Shown: piece after piece, positions 1-12,692 of the stretch
Numbering within the stretch: position 1 is the first letter of the stretch
Layout of the letters: every line of letters starts with the position of its first letter
Assembly: GCA_030704615.1 (NCBI GenBank)
Contig: CM060731.1
Span: 73,780,001 to 73,844,000, forward strand
Direction: 5' to 3'
DNA from: Takakia lepidozioides
Taxonomy: Eukaryota > Plantae > Bryophyta
Length of the DNA stretch: 64,000 nt
Position numbers and translations under genes: made by a program
Notes under the pieces: model-generated
What the model saw: only the letters and a program-made list of their open reading frames with translations
What the model was told of the DNA's origin: nothing
Database searches by the model: none

Positions 1-52
1 ATCAAACAACCGCCCAACTCTGGTTATTTGGACCTGACCTGGCACATGGACT

Positions 53-212
53 GAGCTGCTAGCTCATCCACCCAGGTGATTCGGGGTTCAAATCCTGCTA
101 CCTGGTATGATCTTCTCCCCCTTCCCTTGTGCTTGGCGAAGTTACTTTGAAAGAGGTTCTTTTCTCCTCTCGCTATAATGAAGGGGCCTGATTTGGGAGA
201 GGTCGCTCCCCT
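53..212 (+). mobile_element. Degenerate tRNA-derived SINE-like repeat, copy A
   Basis: Box-B-like GGTTCAAATCC followed by TGCTACCT. The core CACCCAGGTGATTCGGGGTTCAAATCCTGCTACCT matches ~28607-28641, and the downstream GAGGTT...GGGCCTGA.TTG...GCTCCC matches ~1630-1696 and ~27542-27592. Confidence 0.45.
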
Positions 213-1083
213 TTTTAAGGAAATTAAAAAATTTGTGGGGCGGAAATTAAATTTGTTTTAACCCCTACAACCCTACGGATTACGGACCGCACTTTTTTTT
301 CTTTAATAATTTTCTTTTCCAAGCCACTTAGCTATTGGGCGCCAGAGCTTTCCACTGGCACCTGCCCGAAGGTGATTGGTGAGCGGGATTTGGCAGGCCT
401 GCTGCCCAAGCGCGGGCAGACGTGCAGACGGGTAGGGTCCAGGCCGCACAGGCTGCATTGACTGAAGGCCGGCCGCGTAGGTCCCGCTGCCCGCGGGGCA
501 GGGTGGTGGAGGTTGCATCACTGCGGTGGACCCACTCATAAGCAGTGAGAGAGAAAAGTAAAAATAAGCCACTTCGGCGTGCGGCTACTGCTCCTGGAAT
601 GTTTTGTTTTCACTTTTATGGGGCCACGTGTAAATTCCACCCAGCGCCCATGTGGCGACAATAACGAGGTGGCAACTTTAGACAAATGACACGTTTTGAT
701 ATGTCCACGTAGGCTACAAGAGGCTACTTTGCAGCTTTACTAAACTGCTCTCATGGCACTAAGCTTTGACACGTCACAAAAGATGATTTGTAGTAGGAGC
801 AAGGACCATTATCAAATAGATTGGAGGAAGACTTATTGAACTCTGGAGATCCACAGGAAGAATTGTAATTCAAAGATCAAACATCCAATAATGGTTGGCA
901 CAATGTACGAGCGGTTGTGGGTTCGAAGTCATCTATGTGTGCCCATTAGACCTAACCCAACTACAAAAGAAGGATTCAGATCAACTAATTAGTGAAATGT
1001 GGGAGTACCTTAATAAGAATGTGTAAGTTGTTGAATTTAGAAAAGAAAAGAAAAGAAAAAAAAGAAAAGATGTCAGCGCGTAA

Positions 1084-1133
1084 GACCTTACGGTGTAAGA
1101 TCCCCCGCCCTAGAGATCTTAGGCCGTAAGGTC
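1084..1133. repeat. Hairpin / imperfect inverted repeat
   Basis: GACCTTACGG (1084-1093) pairs with CCGTAAGGTC (1124-1133), and TAAGATC (1096-1102) pairs with GATCTTA (1115-1121), around a 12-nt loop. Confidence 0.7.
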
Positions 1134-1536
1134 CCTGCCAGCTGTTCACGTGATACATTTTCCGTTACGTCCCTGCAAAGGGAAAAAACCCGTAGGTTTT
1201 TATGCTGCTGCTCTGGTTGCCCGCCTGACGCGGTGTCCTCTGCTCTAACGCCACGGCCACCCTCCGACGGGGCACCCGCTACGACTCCGGGGCGTGCCCT
1301 CTACACGCCGCCGGTGGCCCTTTCCGGCCATCATGTCCAACTCCCTGGGCCCCGCTCCGGTTACAGGTGGCACCCGCCTGGGTTTTTATATTTAGACACG
1401 GTTGACATTTACGGCATATAAAAGTGCCATTTATGACTCTTTATCGTCTAAAATAAGGTTGCTTCCTGCTTTAAAAAAAGAAAGAAAGATGTTTATTCTC
1501 CAAATATTTATTAACATTTAACACAGAACCAATATA

Positions 1537-1697
1537 TTCCGGGCTCGAATCCTGCTACCTTCTCCGATGTCTTATCTGGTTTTTGCAGCCTTTCGGTCTG
1601 GGGTTCAATGCTTCTTGCCTCATAAAGAAAAGGAGGTTATTTTATTTCCCCACTTTCCTCTCTTGTCAGGGCCTGAATTGTGAGCTGTTGCTCCCTA
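1537..1697 (+). mobile_element. Degenerate tRNA-derived SINE-like repeat, copy B
   Basis: GGGCTCGAATCCTGCTACCT, then CATAAAGAAAAGGAGGTTATTTT...GGGCCTGAATTGTGAGCTGTTGCTCCC, shared with copies A and C. Confidence 0.45.
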
Positions 1698-2225
1698 TAG
1701 GTAGATGCTATATATATATATATACACTTTTATAGTGATTCTATTTTTCCTGATTTAAGCCGTCAGCTGATCCGGTTGATCACTGAGGTACTTTCATTTT
1801 ATTTTATTTTCTTGGAGGTGGGTGGCAGACACGGAGAAGCCTGACACAGACGTGCGGCACAAGTCGGGGACGGGGCCATCTTAAGACACGATAGCGTCGG
1901 CCGTCTTGCTGGCGTAGACGGACGGCGCCGGTCGCGCCTGCCGGAACCGCGCAGAAGGTGTCGTCTGTCTGCCGGGTCTCCTCTCGCTGCTCTGGCCCCT
2001 CGCTTCAACATTCTTGCGCTGATGCACTATCGTGTTTCTTGGACTGCGCATGTGATATGGGCGAAAGGAATCTTGAATACACGTCTGTGTTTGATGCGCC
2101 ATATCGAGCTCATTCTATTACTGTCTGGGTTTTTCGTTTTCTTCTTTATCTTGGCTCCCTGGTCATTGTGGGGGGTTGTTAGTGTTCTGTTTCGGAGCTT
2201 GAATTTTCTTCTCGAATCCTGGCGA

Positions 2226-2261
2226 TGTGTGTGTGTGTGTGTGTGTGTGGGGGGGGGGGGG
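2226..2261. repeat. (TG)n microsatellite followed by a G homopolymer
   Basis: Directly visible. Confidence 0.9.
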
Positions 2262-3177
2262 TTTGAGAAATCAGCTGATTTAATTTCTAGGTTCTTATGT
2301 TGTTTTCACCGCTGTCTGCTTGGGTGATTTCTCCCTGCGTTGGTGTTTTTGAATATGTCGTGTCTTTGCTGGGTTCATCTCTCAGCACGGTGGTCAGGTC
2401 CGTAGGAAATTTCCACGGATCCCCTTTCGTTTGTTGAATTTTGTTGTTATGCTCGTATACTGAAGTTGCTCTCTCTCATACAGTTCCTTAGGACTACCTT
2501 CTCTCATTTGCCGATTGGCGCCCCATTCTTAATACTTGTGATCGTAGTGCCGTTCCTTCTGTTGGGTTACTCTTTTTCTCGTCTTTGCAAGTGCCTGGGC
2601 GTCGCATTTTTGTGGGTAGATATTTTCTTGCTCCACTGTCAAATTCTCACTGCTCAATCAGATCTCGCATGATATCTTCATTGCTCTTCGGTCTTGAGGT
2701 ATCTGATTGTTAGTTACCTCCTGTAAGCGGGCACTTGAAGTGTCAATGCTGCTTCCAGTTTTGCATTTGTGCTTGTTATCACGATTCTGCTCATGAAGAG
2801 CTCTAGGTGTTCGTTGTTGATTGGGTGCTTTCTCGGAGATTTTCGGCTGTGGACGCGAGTTACTACTGGCCTTTTTTGTGTTTCCCCCGAATCGCCTCTG
2901 GCTAAGATTTGACTCTCTCCCAAGAGGGATGATAGTGACGCAAGCACGACGGCAATTGCATCACAGCACGTTCTTCAGCATCGAGATCTCGTCATTATAC
3001 ACTAGGTACAGAATTACGAGTAGAAGTTTCACATCTCGCTATGCATCTTGTTGACGGGAGCATTAATTGTGAGTCCAGAGAGACATTTGTAGATCCACAC
3101 TCATCCGGACAAGCTTGGCACAAGTCGTATTATTGCTTTGGCTTGTTTCGCCAAGAGATTTTCATTCTAACACACAC

Positions 3178-4794
3178 ATGGACCCTGCATCCGACATCCG
3201 CAGTGATTTTCCCGTTCGCATGCTGCTCTTGGCCAACTTCTGCCTCCTCATGGTAGCCGCAGTCTCTGCATGGATTCCATCTCCGACAGATGGAATACGT
3301 GTGACTTTGCCCCCTTCCAGGTCCTCTTCCGTCTCTCCAGGAGGCAGCTTTGGAGAACAACATGGGGCCAGGTCACTGCAAGATGAAGATAGCAGAGTGC
3401 CACAGCACGTTCAGACAGTTCTTGTGGTGTCAAGCGATGGGCATCCAGCCCATTTTGCGACCGTGCAGGCAGCAGTTGATGCCGTGCCAAGGTGGAATTA
3501 CGTGAGATGGATCATATACATCAAACCTGGCACATACTACGGAACAGTAGTAGTGCCTGAAGGTAACCCTCCTATTGGGACTGTGTGTTTCCTGCATGAA
3601 ATCAATTACGGACTCTTGTATGCAGCATGCCATGCTTCAGTTCATGCATTTGTAAACCAAGCTAAGGGCACGGCAGTTACAACATTTCTTAGTACCACAG
3701 GCTAGACAGCTTCACATTTGCAAGAATGTTGTACACTCACTGTAAGGTAATCAATCCAACTGCAAAGAAAGCAATCAGTTTTTTGATTGCAAATAGAGAC
3801 AAGACTTCTGTGCATCATTTCTGGGTAGAACAACTGATCGACGTCACATGTGCTTGGTGCTTGGAATTTTGCAGGAAAGGACTACATAACGTTTCTGGGA
3901 GAGAGTGCAGAGAGCACTATTCTGACATTCAATCGGAAAGCCAATGATAAACGGCCAGATGGCTTTGAGTATACAATCTTGGATTGCCCTAGTGTCATCG
4001 TGGAGGGCTCTCATTTTGTAGCTGCTGGAATCACATTTGAGAACAGTTCTCCAAAGCCTGGTGACCTTGACTTTAGTTCTCAGGCACCAGCTATTCGCAT
4101 CTCAGGTGACAGATGCGCATTTTACAGCTGTAATTTCTTAGGCTGGCAAGATACTCTGTTTGCAGACCAGGGTCAGCACTACTACAAGGACTGCAGAGTT
4201 GAGGGGAATGTGGACTTTATTCTTGGATATGCGTGTGCGGTATTTGAGGATTGTACAATTCACTCGAGAGATGAAGGCTTCATCACTGCACAGAGCAGAT
4301 GGTGCAATGCTACATGCCATGGGGCTGCCAAATCTGCATTTATCATTTTGAGGTCTAGGTTGACAGGATCAGGGCTCACGTACTTGGGCCGCCCTTGGAG
4401 GGAGTATGCAAAGGTTCTGTTCATCGACACAGTGATGGGGGAGCACATTGTGCCAGAGGGATGGATTGACTGGCTTACTGAAACAGGGCCTCTATTCCCC
4501 CACGACCATGTCTATTTTGCAGAATCTAACAGCCAGGGCCCCGGGGCTAATCCTTCTGCTCGTGTCAGCTGGTCTCGGCAACTCACTGAAGAAGTAGCTG
4601 AACGTTTTCGTAATGTAACAAAAGTTTTGGATGGGGACACATGGTTGGAGCCTCCCCCTTCGCTGGAAGCCTTGATGAAGACGGATTTTATGCAGGAAGA
4701 CGATTGGAGAAGTGCCTTAACTCAAGATGGTTACAATCCTAAGCAGTTCCCACCACGGCGATGGAAGAGTCTGAGCTCCACCATTACACCTTGA
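3178..4794 (+). CDS. Pectin methylesterase (no PMEI pro-domain); exons 3178-3562 and 3875-4794
   Basis: Hydrophobic N-terminus; motifs FATVQAAVDAVP, IYIKPGTY, QAPAIR, QDTL, DFILG, LGRPW. The GT-AG intron 3563-3874 joins in frame (PEG|KDY). Confidence 0.93.
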
Positions 4795-7097
4795 TCTATC
4801 TGTTTTCTGTTCCACTGTCTGCCTCTCCGTGAACGCTTCCTTTGGATGGATTCTTCTTTGCAATGGCCAAGTATATCCGCTATTTAACAAGACCCTGTCA
4901 CATAAATATCCCTGGGCTATGATTTGCACAAGAGCAGTCCTCGACCGTCAATGTGCATTGAGCAGAGTTTCTCTCAAGGTTCTGGCAGGCCTTCAAAGTG
5001 AGTTGGTTGTGGGTGCCGGTCATATTGCATTAAGGTTCCCTAATTGTTGGGAGCCATAGGATCTTAGTTGGTACATCCTCTACACTGTTACTGCAAGGAG
5101 CGCTCTACTGAGTGTATGACATAATGGGGCCATGCTGGCTCAACCATTGCGGAAACTGGCAAATTGCACTGGATATTCCTTCAGGACATCTGATATAGGC
5201 GTCAGATGGTTCAAGATGCAAGCAAGAAATAAATTGGGGGATGCAGTTCATCTGTGTCACTCTTCCACCAGGGGAGTGTCTGGCTTCAATCTTTCATGCA
5301 GTTCAGGTGCATGAACGGGTTACAACAAGCGAAGGATTTTTTTGGTTGAATTGCACATCTACAATTCTTTGGAGGTTTCCTTGATTATGTGCTTCACGCT
5401 TAGAAATACACTGACAAAGTAGAATCAAATGTAAATGAAATTCTTTTAGCCCAACCCTTTCCTGGGCAGGCTGATGATGAACTGGTCTAGTTCCTGAAGC
5501 CAGTATATTTGTTGATGATAATTCCTTTCAACGATGTGGCTCCTTTTCGGTTGCCCACATATGTGATTTGGAGGTATGTAACCACTTTAAGTTGGGAGGT
5601 CTATGCAAGTAGATATCTGAATAAAGAAAGATGTGTGCGGTGAGATAATTATTGTTCCATTCCATATTGTAAAGATAGACGAACGCATTGACTTGTGTAG
5701 GAAGAAGAGGAGAACACAAATTCTCTTTTAGCATGGTATGATGTTCAAAGAGAAATAGAAAGCTGAACAATCCCTCAAAGCTGTGGGCATGTGGAGTGGC
5801 GAAGCACAACCTGCAGAGCCTTGTTGAGTATCTGGATTTTCCAGGGCAATTGTGTCCGAAGCTTCCCTCGTGAAGTATGTCTTTGAACAGGAATCATATA
5901 AGGCTGCGAAAGTTCAGTCAGCACCCATATCTTGTCCAGCTGAATGGGGTATTACGGTGAGTATACGAAAATAAGAACCAAGCTGTAAAACACCTCGAAT
6001 CACACTCGAAAGAAGAAAACATGATTTAGAATACAACGTTGGTACTCCTGCAACATGTACAGTATGGACGAGAAAGCAAGAAAAACAAGAAAGAGAGTGG
6101 GGCCCTCAACAAGCAGCCCAGCTCAAAGGGACTTCCCATCGATAACACCTCTGTAGTACTTTGGGTAGATCCACATAGAAGATAGTACCTCCCCCAGGTC
6201 TCACAGTAGAGAGGGCAGTGAAGATTCACTCTCCTTCAGCCACCTCTGGCGGTGCAGTAGATTCGGGCAGTTTCAATAGTTCGAGTGAGATGGGATTGAT
6301 CAAAAATAATTTTATTTTGAAGCATCATATCTGAGACTCTTAAAACCGTTGTCCTCAATAAAATCCCAGAGTGTGCTAAACTTGGGATCGTTTGAAACAT
6401 TGGGAAAAAAACTCAACCCTATTTTTTTTTTTCCTAACATAGCTTGAAACAGTGGGATGTTTCTTCATTCCAAGCAAATAGGTCTGAAGAACCTTGAGAA
6501 GATAGCAACCATCAGTCTCCACGGTCTGGAACGGTTTGAGAACAAGACATGAGTTAGACAGGTTCAATACACACTTCATGGCGGTGTCGTCAATGAGCAG
6601 AGTGTTACTCTTGGTGTATTGTCCACCAAATCTCTACATCCTCGAGTCGGATATGAGAATTGAATATGTCCGGGCATGGCACGAAAGGTTTAATTTGGGC
6701 AGCCCACCGGGAAATTCCTGGGGATGCCCACGAAATTCTTGGAGGAAGACAGAGTTGTATTGTAGGCTGAGCAGATGATCTGTAAAGGAAGCATCTCGTA
6801 GTCTGCATCCTCACAAGCTTGTAGAGTTTCTATTCAATTTGGGCACTGGGCAATGGAGTTGAAACTCAAAGGAATTGCTGGATGGTGAAGGGAAGACTGA
6901 GTTGAATTGTGGTGTTTGAGTCCTGCGGCTTCTCTGGAAGACGAAGTGGAGCTGTTGGATGCACCATTTGGATCACCTTCCAGGTCTCTTCAAGTTGTGT
7001 CATGGTTTAGTGCTCTTTGAGTTGTCCATTGATGTATCGTACCCTCATCTGTGCTTTTGTTTTGGTTGTGTCTTTTTCCAGCTGGAATTAGAGCGGG

Positions 7098-10000
7098 ATG
7101 GCTATGGAAGACCCCGGCGACCAGTTCTCAGAACCACTGCTGGAGTATTCCAAGTATCACGATGAACACAAGAGTATGCTAGAGAGTTTAAGGGAGGGGA
7201 CTCATGGAATGCTTGCCGCAGCAGGATCTGTGACCGGGCTGAGCTATGCTCGCAAACGCACACTTCTTCGCAGAAATAGGACTCAGAGGGCCGAGGGGTG
7301 GGGTTCATGGGCCAGAAGAGTGTTGATGTGGCCAGTGTTGAAGGTGCAGCAAATAGAGAAGTTTAAATTCCCCTTTGCCTTACCTGTGAAGGCTGGAATT
7401 GCAGCCGTGATAGCAGGATTGCTGTGTTTTGCGCCGGGATTTCTAAAGTCGCTAAACAATAATGGGGCGTGGGCCGTGATTACGGTAGACATTGTTCTGG
7501 AAGCAAATGTTGGCTTGACCTTCAGCAAAGGCACGGATTCTCTTCCCAGGGTTTTGAATTCAGTACATGTTTCGATTTCCAGCTGTATTAAGAAAGATCA
7601 TGGTTTATCACAACGCTTTGTGGTTCTGTTTCAACTAGCAAGGGGGGAGAAAAATTATGAGTTTTCCCATGAGTTTGAACTGTTAAATCTTAGATTAGAT
7701 TGCAACTCATACTTTGGGACGTGGACTAATTTTGGTTTGGGGGCAGAGGCAAGGGATAGGGCTACTCGGTATTCAGATTTCAGAAATTTATAGGGAAAAC
7801 AGCCAACGCCTGTCCAATGCCAGAGTCTGTGTATCATGATTGATCGGTTACATATTCCATCACTGTCAGGCCTGTGTGGTCAAGTTTTGAAATCATAGGC
7901 AGTGGCTAAGCAGAGTAATCTAAGCTATGAAGTTAGCACAGAAGTATATAGGTTGACTTCCATCCAATAAGGGGTACAATTACATGGGCTCAAGCTTAAC
8001 GGAGACTCTAGTATGAGCAGCTCACAACAAGAGGGATTGAGGTGTGTGTGTTTGGCAATATGAGGACTCCAAAGTAGATATGAATGACAAGCACCAGTTG
8101 AATGAGTATTAAAATTTGCAGGTGTGAACAGGACACTTGGGACATTGCTGGCAGCATTGCTTGCCTTGCTGGTTGACTATGTGAGCCCTGCCATGGGAGG
8201 ATTCGAGAGTGTCTTTCTTCTGTTCTGCACCTTTCTAGGAGGTGCAATTCCAACAGTGTTTAAATTCCGGCAACCATTCAAAGACCGCTGGAACTATGCA
8301 GTTGTGATGTCCATGATCACCTTCCACCTACTCATTCTCACCAGTTCAACTGAAAAAGTGAAACTGCCTATGATTCGGCTAGCCACTATTGCTATTGGTT
8401 TTGTCATTGCATCCCTGGTGAATCTAATCATCTTTCCAAATTTCGCTGGAAATTCAATCAATAATCTGCTGGCCACCAACTTTGAGCGCGCCGGAAGCGT
8501 AGTCGAGAAGTGTGCTACGGATTACTGCAATGGCAGGATGCTGCAGCAGGTCCCTGACATTCTGAGCCATCACTCATCCGACGATGAGTTGCACGCTTGT
8601 TTCCACGAAATTGTTGCTGTAGACTCTGAAGTGGAAAAGCTTGTAAGGTTTCTTTCGCTCTCTCTGGATGTTATGTCTTTTCTGGTTGTGGTGGCTGGTC
8701 GTTGGGGGGCCCCACTTTTTTTTTTTTCCTAACTTTCTTTCTTTTCTCTGGGAAGCAAGACCTCTGTCAAACAGGCCAACTTTCTATGCAACAGGGTAGT
8801 CAGAACTTTTGAGAGCCTGAACTTATCAAGAGCAGACCAGAGAAGACAGAGGAGATTGAGGCCAGATTTGTATGGCCACAGGCGGAAATGTTCGTCAGAA
8901 GTGAAGGACCTGAAGTCTAAGCTCTGCACAGCCTTGGGACTCCATGAATCTAGAGGGCTACTGTGGGCCCAGTTCGAACCAGTAGTAGGGTGCCTAACTT
9001 TGTGCAGTAAGCTAAACCCAGCTGGTGCAAGGAAATGATGTCTGGTCTGTTGTCTTGATGATGAGATGGCAAGCATAGTGGGGTATCAAGAAGAGGCCCT
9101 TTATTGGCTCTGTTTAGGAACCTCAAGGCAAAACAATGGTCCTCCGTGTTCTGGTCTGAAATTCATATCAAACTAGTAATTTGGAGCGAAGGATGCATAC
9201 AATTGCATATAGAACAGTGTGCCCTATGTGAGTTTTACTATTCTGCTTGTCCCTTCCCTCGCCCATCTCTGTCCCCTTATGTTGTCCAACTAATACGGGT
9301 GCCAGGTGTACGACCACAAAGTCTAGTGGAATGCAGAATTTTGGGAGGGTCTCTCCATTCCTTGCAAGAAAACAGTTTTGCATGTGCTACAGGATGTATT
9401 TCCTTTTTCACACAGTCCTCCTAGTGCTGCGACTGTCGCAAGATAGAAGGAGCCTGAGAGATTTGTTTCTATGAACTGACCTCCATATGCATGTCTTGGT
9501 GTGAAATGTTTGCTGCAGTTGACAGCAGCCAGAACTGAGCCCCCCCATGGAAAGTTCTTTTGGAGATACCCCTGGGACCTTTACGAGGATGTCATGGAGA
9601 ATTTGAGGTACACTTTGTATGATGTGGTGGCTCTGGATTCGTGCCTGCGTGCAGAGATCCAAGCGCCTCTGAATCTGCGCACCATGATTAAGCCCGAGTG
9701 TACAGCCCTGGCCAAAGAAATTGCAGAGTAAGTGCGTCACTTATTTCTAATGGGGGTCAGGAGCAAGACCCCTGATCTGCATAAAAACATAAAGAAGTAT
9801 TGGCTGTCATCTCTCACTAAAACAAAGTCAATGGAGGGTGCACTCCCCTTATATGTGATAGTTCTCTGGATCAAATCAGCAGGTCCAGTGCCGACCTATG
9901 AAACTGAAGCACATTTCAGAACCCACTGTTCTCATATTCAGACTCCTTGAGGCTAATAAAGCTCCTGTAAAGGAAGTGCTGGATGGAGGTAACATTAAGT

Positions 10001-11642
10001 TCCTTAAATCCCTTAACTGAAATTTGCTTGGCAGTTGAGACTTGAGCTGAAGGACAGCTAGCGAGGCAGTGACAATGAGGACAAGAGGGAAGGGAGTGGA
10101 TGAAAGAGAGGAGATATATACGAAATGGAAGAAAGGTGAAGACCAGTGTTAGATGGACTCTCTAAAGCACTTCCTTGCACTTTGGAGAGGGACTTTGAAG
10201 ATGGATGGGCACTGTCTATGTGCATCAATTGGTTGTTGAATGTGTGGTTACGTGTAGCGTTATTTACATCGTAGATCCAGGAGATCTCCTTCAGTGGATA
10301 CGTAGAAGTCTGATACCTTTTGTAGCCACACATTAAGGACTGAATTGTCAAGTCGCAGGTCTAAATCTCCATCTGCTGGATTGGCAGGGTCTTTCGAGCA
10401 CTCGGACAAACTATGCGCAAAATGGAGCATGTTGACACTGAGCCAGGCCTTCTGAGGACTGAGGAGGTTACCATGTCGTTACAACACAAAATTGCTAAGT
10501 TTACGGATATCTTGTCAGGAAAAATTTCATTGCCTGATCCGCTCAATGAGAGTTTCCATGGAGGTGCGAAGAAAATTCTGTCAGCAGAAGATAGCGGTGA
10601 AGTGCAGTCTGAGCTGAACAATGGGGAATCATCTGGGAGGAGTGTTGCAGCATCTGACACCATGGACAGCACGGATTTACGTCAGCCAGAGTTCCAGAAG
10701 TATGTGTGAGAGTCCTCTATGCTTTCATGGTGCAGAGTCCACTTTACGAGGCTCTAACATTGATATGTCCATGCTCTCGTTGTGCATGTTTTACTGGGAG
10801 CATGGCAGTTCCGTTGAGCAAGCAATCCTTGGTATAACAGAGTAAGATATTTGTGCCTTTGTAATCACCTAAGATGGCCAACTCTATTTCTTGGAAGCAA
10901 GACTGTCCTGTTGAGCAGGCTAAGTCTTGGTGGAAAAGGCAATTACAGCTCACCTTCCTCAGCAGCAGTACTACTTTGCTTCGCAGGCCCCACTCCATAA
11001 TCTTAGCTTTTTCATCGAGTGGAAGCCCTCCTTAGCCAATCCTGCTGTATCTCCCTCCAAATTCTCCAAAGTCTGAACTGTCCACTAAAAACACCAGGGA
11101 AAATGACGGTAGCATAGCGTTACACACTTGCCTACTAATGTTATCACAGTGTATGATGCAGGCAGTGATAGTGCAAATGTCCCTGGTCTCGTGACCTGAA
11201 AACTGTACAGGGTGTTTCCATAGCTGATTGTGAAAATGATGTTTGATTTCTTCCACAGGTCCGTGCAGACTATTTTCTGTATATAGTCAATATTACTGGC
11301 TAAGATGCTGAATGTCACATTCAGGTCATCACCATTTTTTTCTGCTGGGTGTATAGGACGGAACAACTGGAAAGAGAAAAGGAGATCAAAGACAGGGCCA
11401 CCAGACTGGAGGCGCGTGTGGTCGATGTCTTGAAGAGGAGGCCATCTATACGGGAGCAGTGGGATGTCACGGTGCAGCGCCTAGCAGCACTCTCTCTCAT
11501 CAAGTTTGCATCACAGCTCATTGAGTTAGCAGCCAAGGCCAAGTATATTGCAAGTGTTGTTGATGACCTTGCTGTCAAGGCTCGCTTTGATGAGATGCTG
11601 CCTCTGTTCTCCAAATCTGGCAATGAATTCGGGACTCCCTAA
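7098..11642 (+). CDS. ALMT: Aluminium-activated malate transporter family; exons ~7098-7530, 8122-8642, 9519-9727, 10388-10699, 11357-11642
   Basis: WAVITV..VLE..VGLTFSKG|VNRTLGTL, RLATIAIG, and EPPHGKF..YPW (WEP motif variant). Splice phases are compatible if intron 1 uses a GC donor. Confidence 0.9.
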
Positions 11643-12692
11643 GCTCATTGCTAGATGCATCAGCTCTTTCTGGGATGTGATCAGAACTTCCAGAAGAGAC
11701 TCTCTCCCACATGCACACAGAGAGTGCAAGCTACTATAATGTGTCCCCTTACCAGGGGAAGTGTTGGCAGGTGGGAGTAGGATAGCCAACATCATTTTCA
11801 ATTTCGCATTTTCCCGCCAATGAGTGAGGGGGCTATGAGACTGTTGCCCATGCAGTGCCCCAATGCGAGGCTTCCTGACAGTTTCTACTATAGTACAAGC
11901 CTTCCAGCAGCTCACCAAATGATTAAGCACTGTCATTGTAAACCAATTCTCAGGCAACAACCTGATCTGCCCGCATTGTTTCCGGGTAGGTGATGACTTA
12001 TTCTATACTCAAGTTATTGGCTTTCAAATCAATCAACCATCCCTGCTGATGATTCCTGAGACTGTCGACCTCACGGTGATGTACATGTGATTGTTAAACT
12101 GATGAAAAGCTCATAGCAAAAGTGATACAAGTTTTCCATGCAGACAAGACTGAAGAAGCACAAAAACTACAGAACAAATGCAGCTGGGCACAGGTTATAA
12201 CCAGTAATGACATGTTTGGGAACGCGGCTCTTGCCACGTGGCTAGCAACGAGAGGGCTAGCAACTGATACTACAGTGGAACGTTTGAACGTCTCTCTACA
12301 ACGGCTACTTGCCAGCGGCTCCCTGCACCCCCTGCTGTTCCCAGCTCATTCCAAGATCTCCCTGTCAACTTGTTCATGATGATCTTTTGGTTACGATCGC
12401 CTTCTGTTGTAGGCAATTGGGCACACATGTGTCCCGATCACGCAGCAAGTGTCTTTGTGCGATCGCCCTTGGAAGGGCGGGGTTGGAGAGCCTGCATACA
12501 GGCCGCAACAGTGCAATTGGTTCTAGGGAAGATTGAGGGAGACTGTGCACGGAGAGTGATGGGTTTCATCAATTTGTAAGCATTTTTGTGGAAGCACCTC
12601 GTTGCAGAAGTTTTGCAGTTGCATTTGGCTCCGGGGTGTAGGGTTTGCAGTCTTTGGAAGCACAGGTTAGGATTGGCAGGCCAGAGGTAGCC

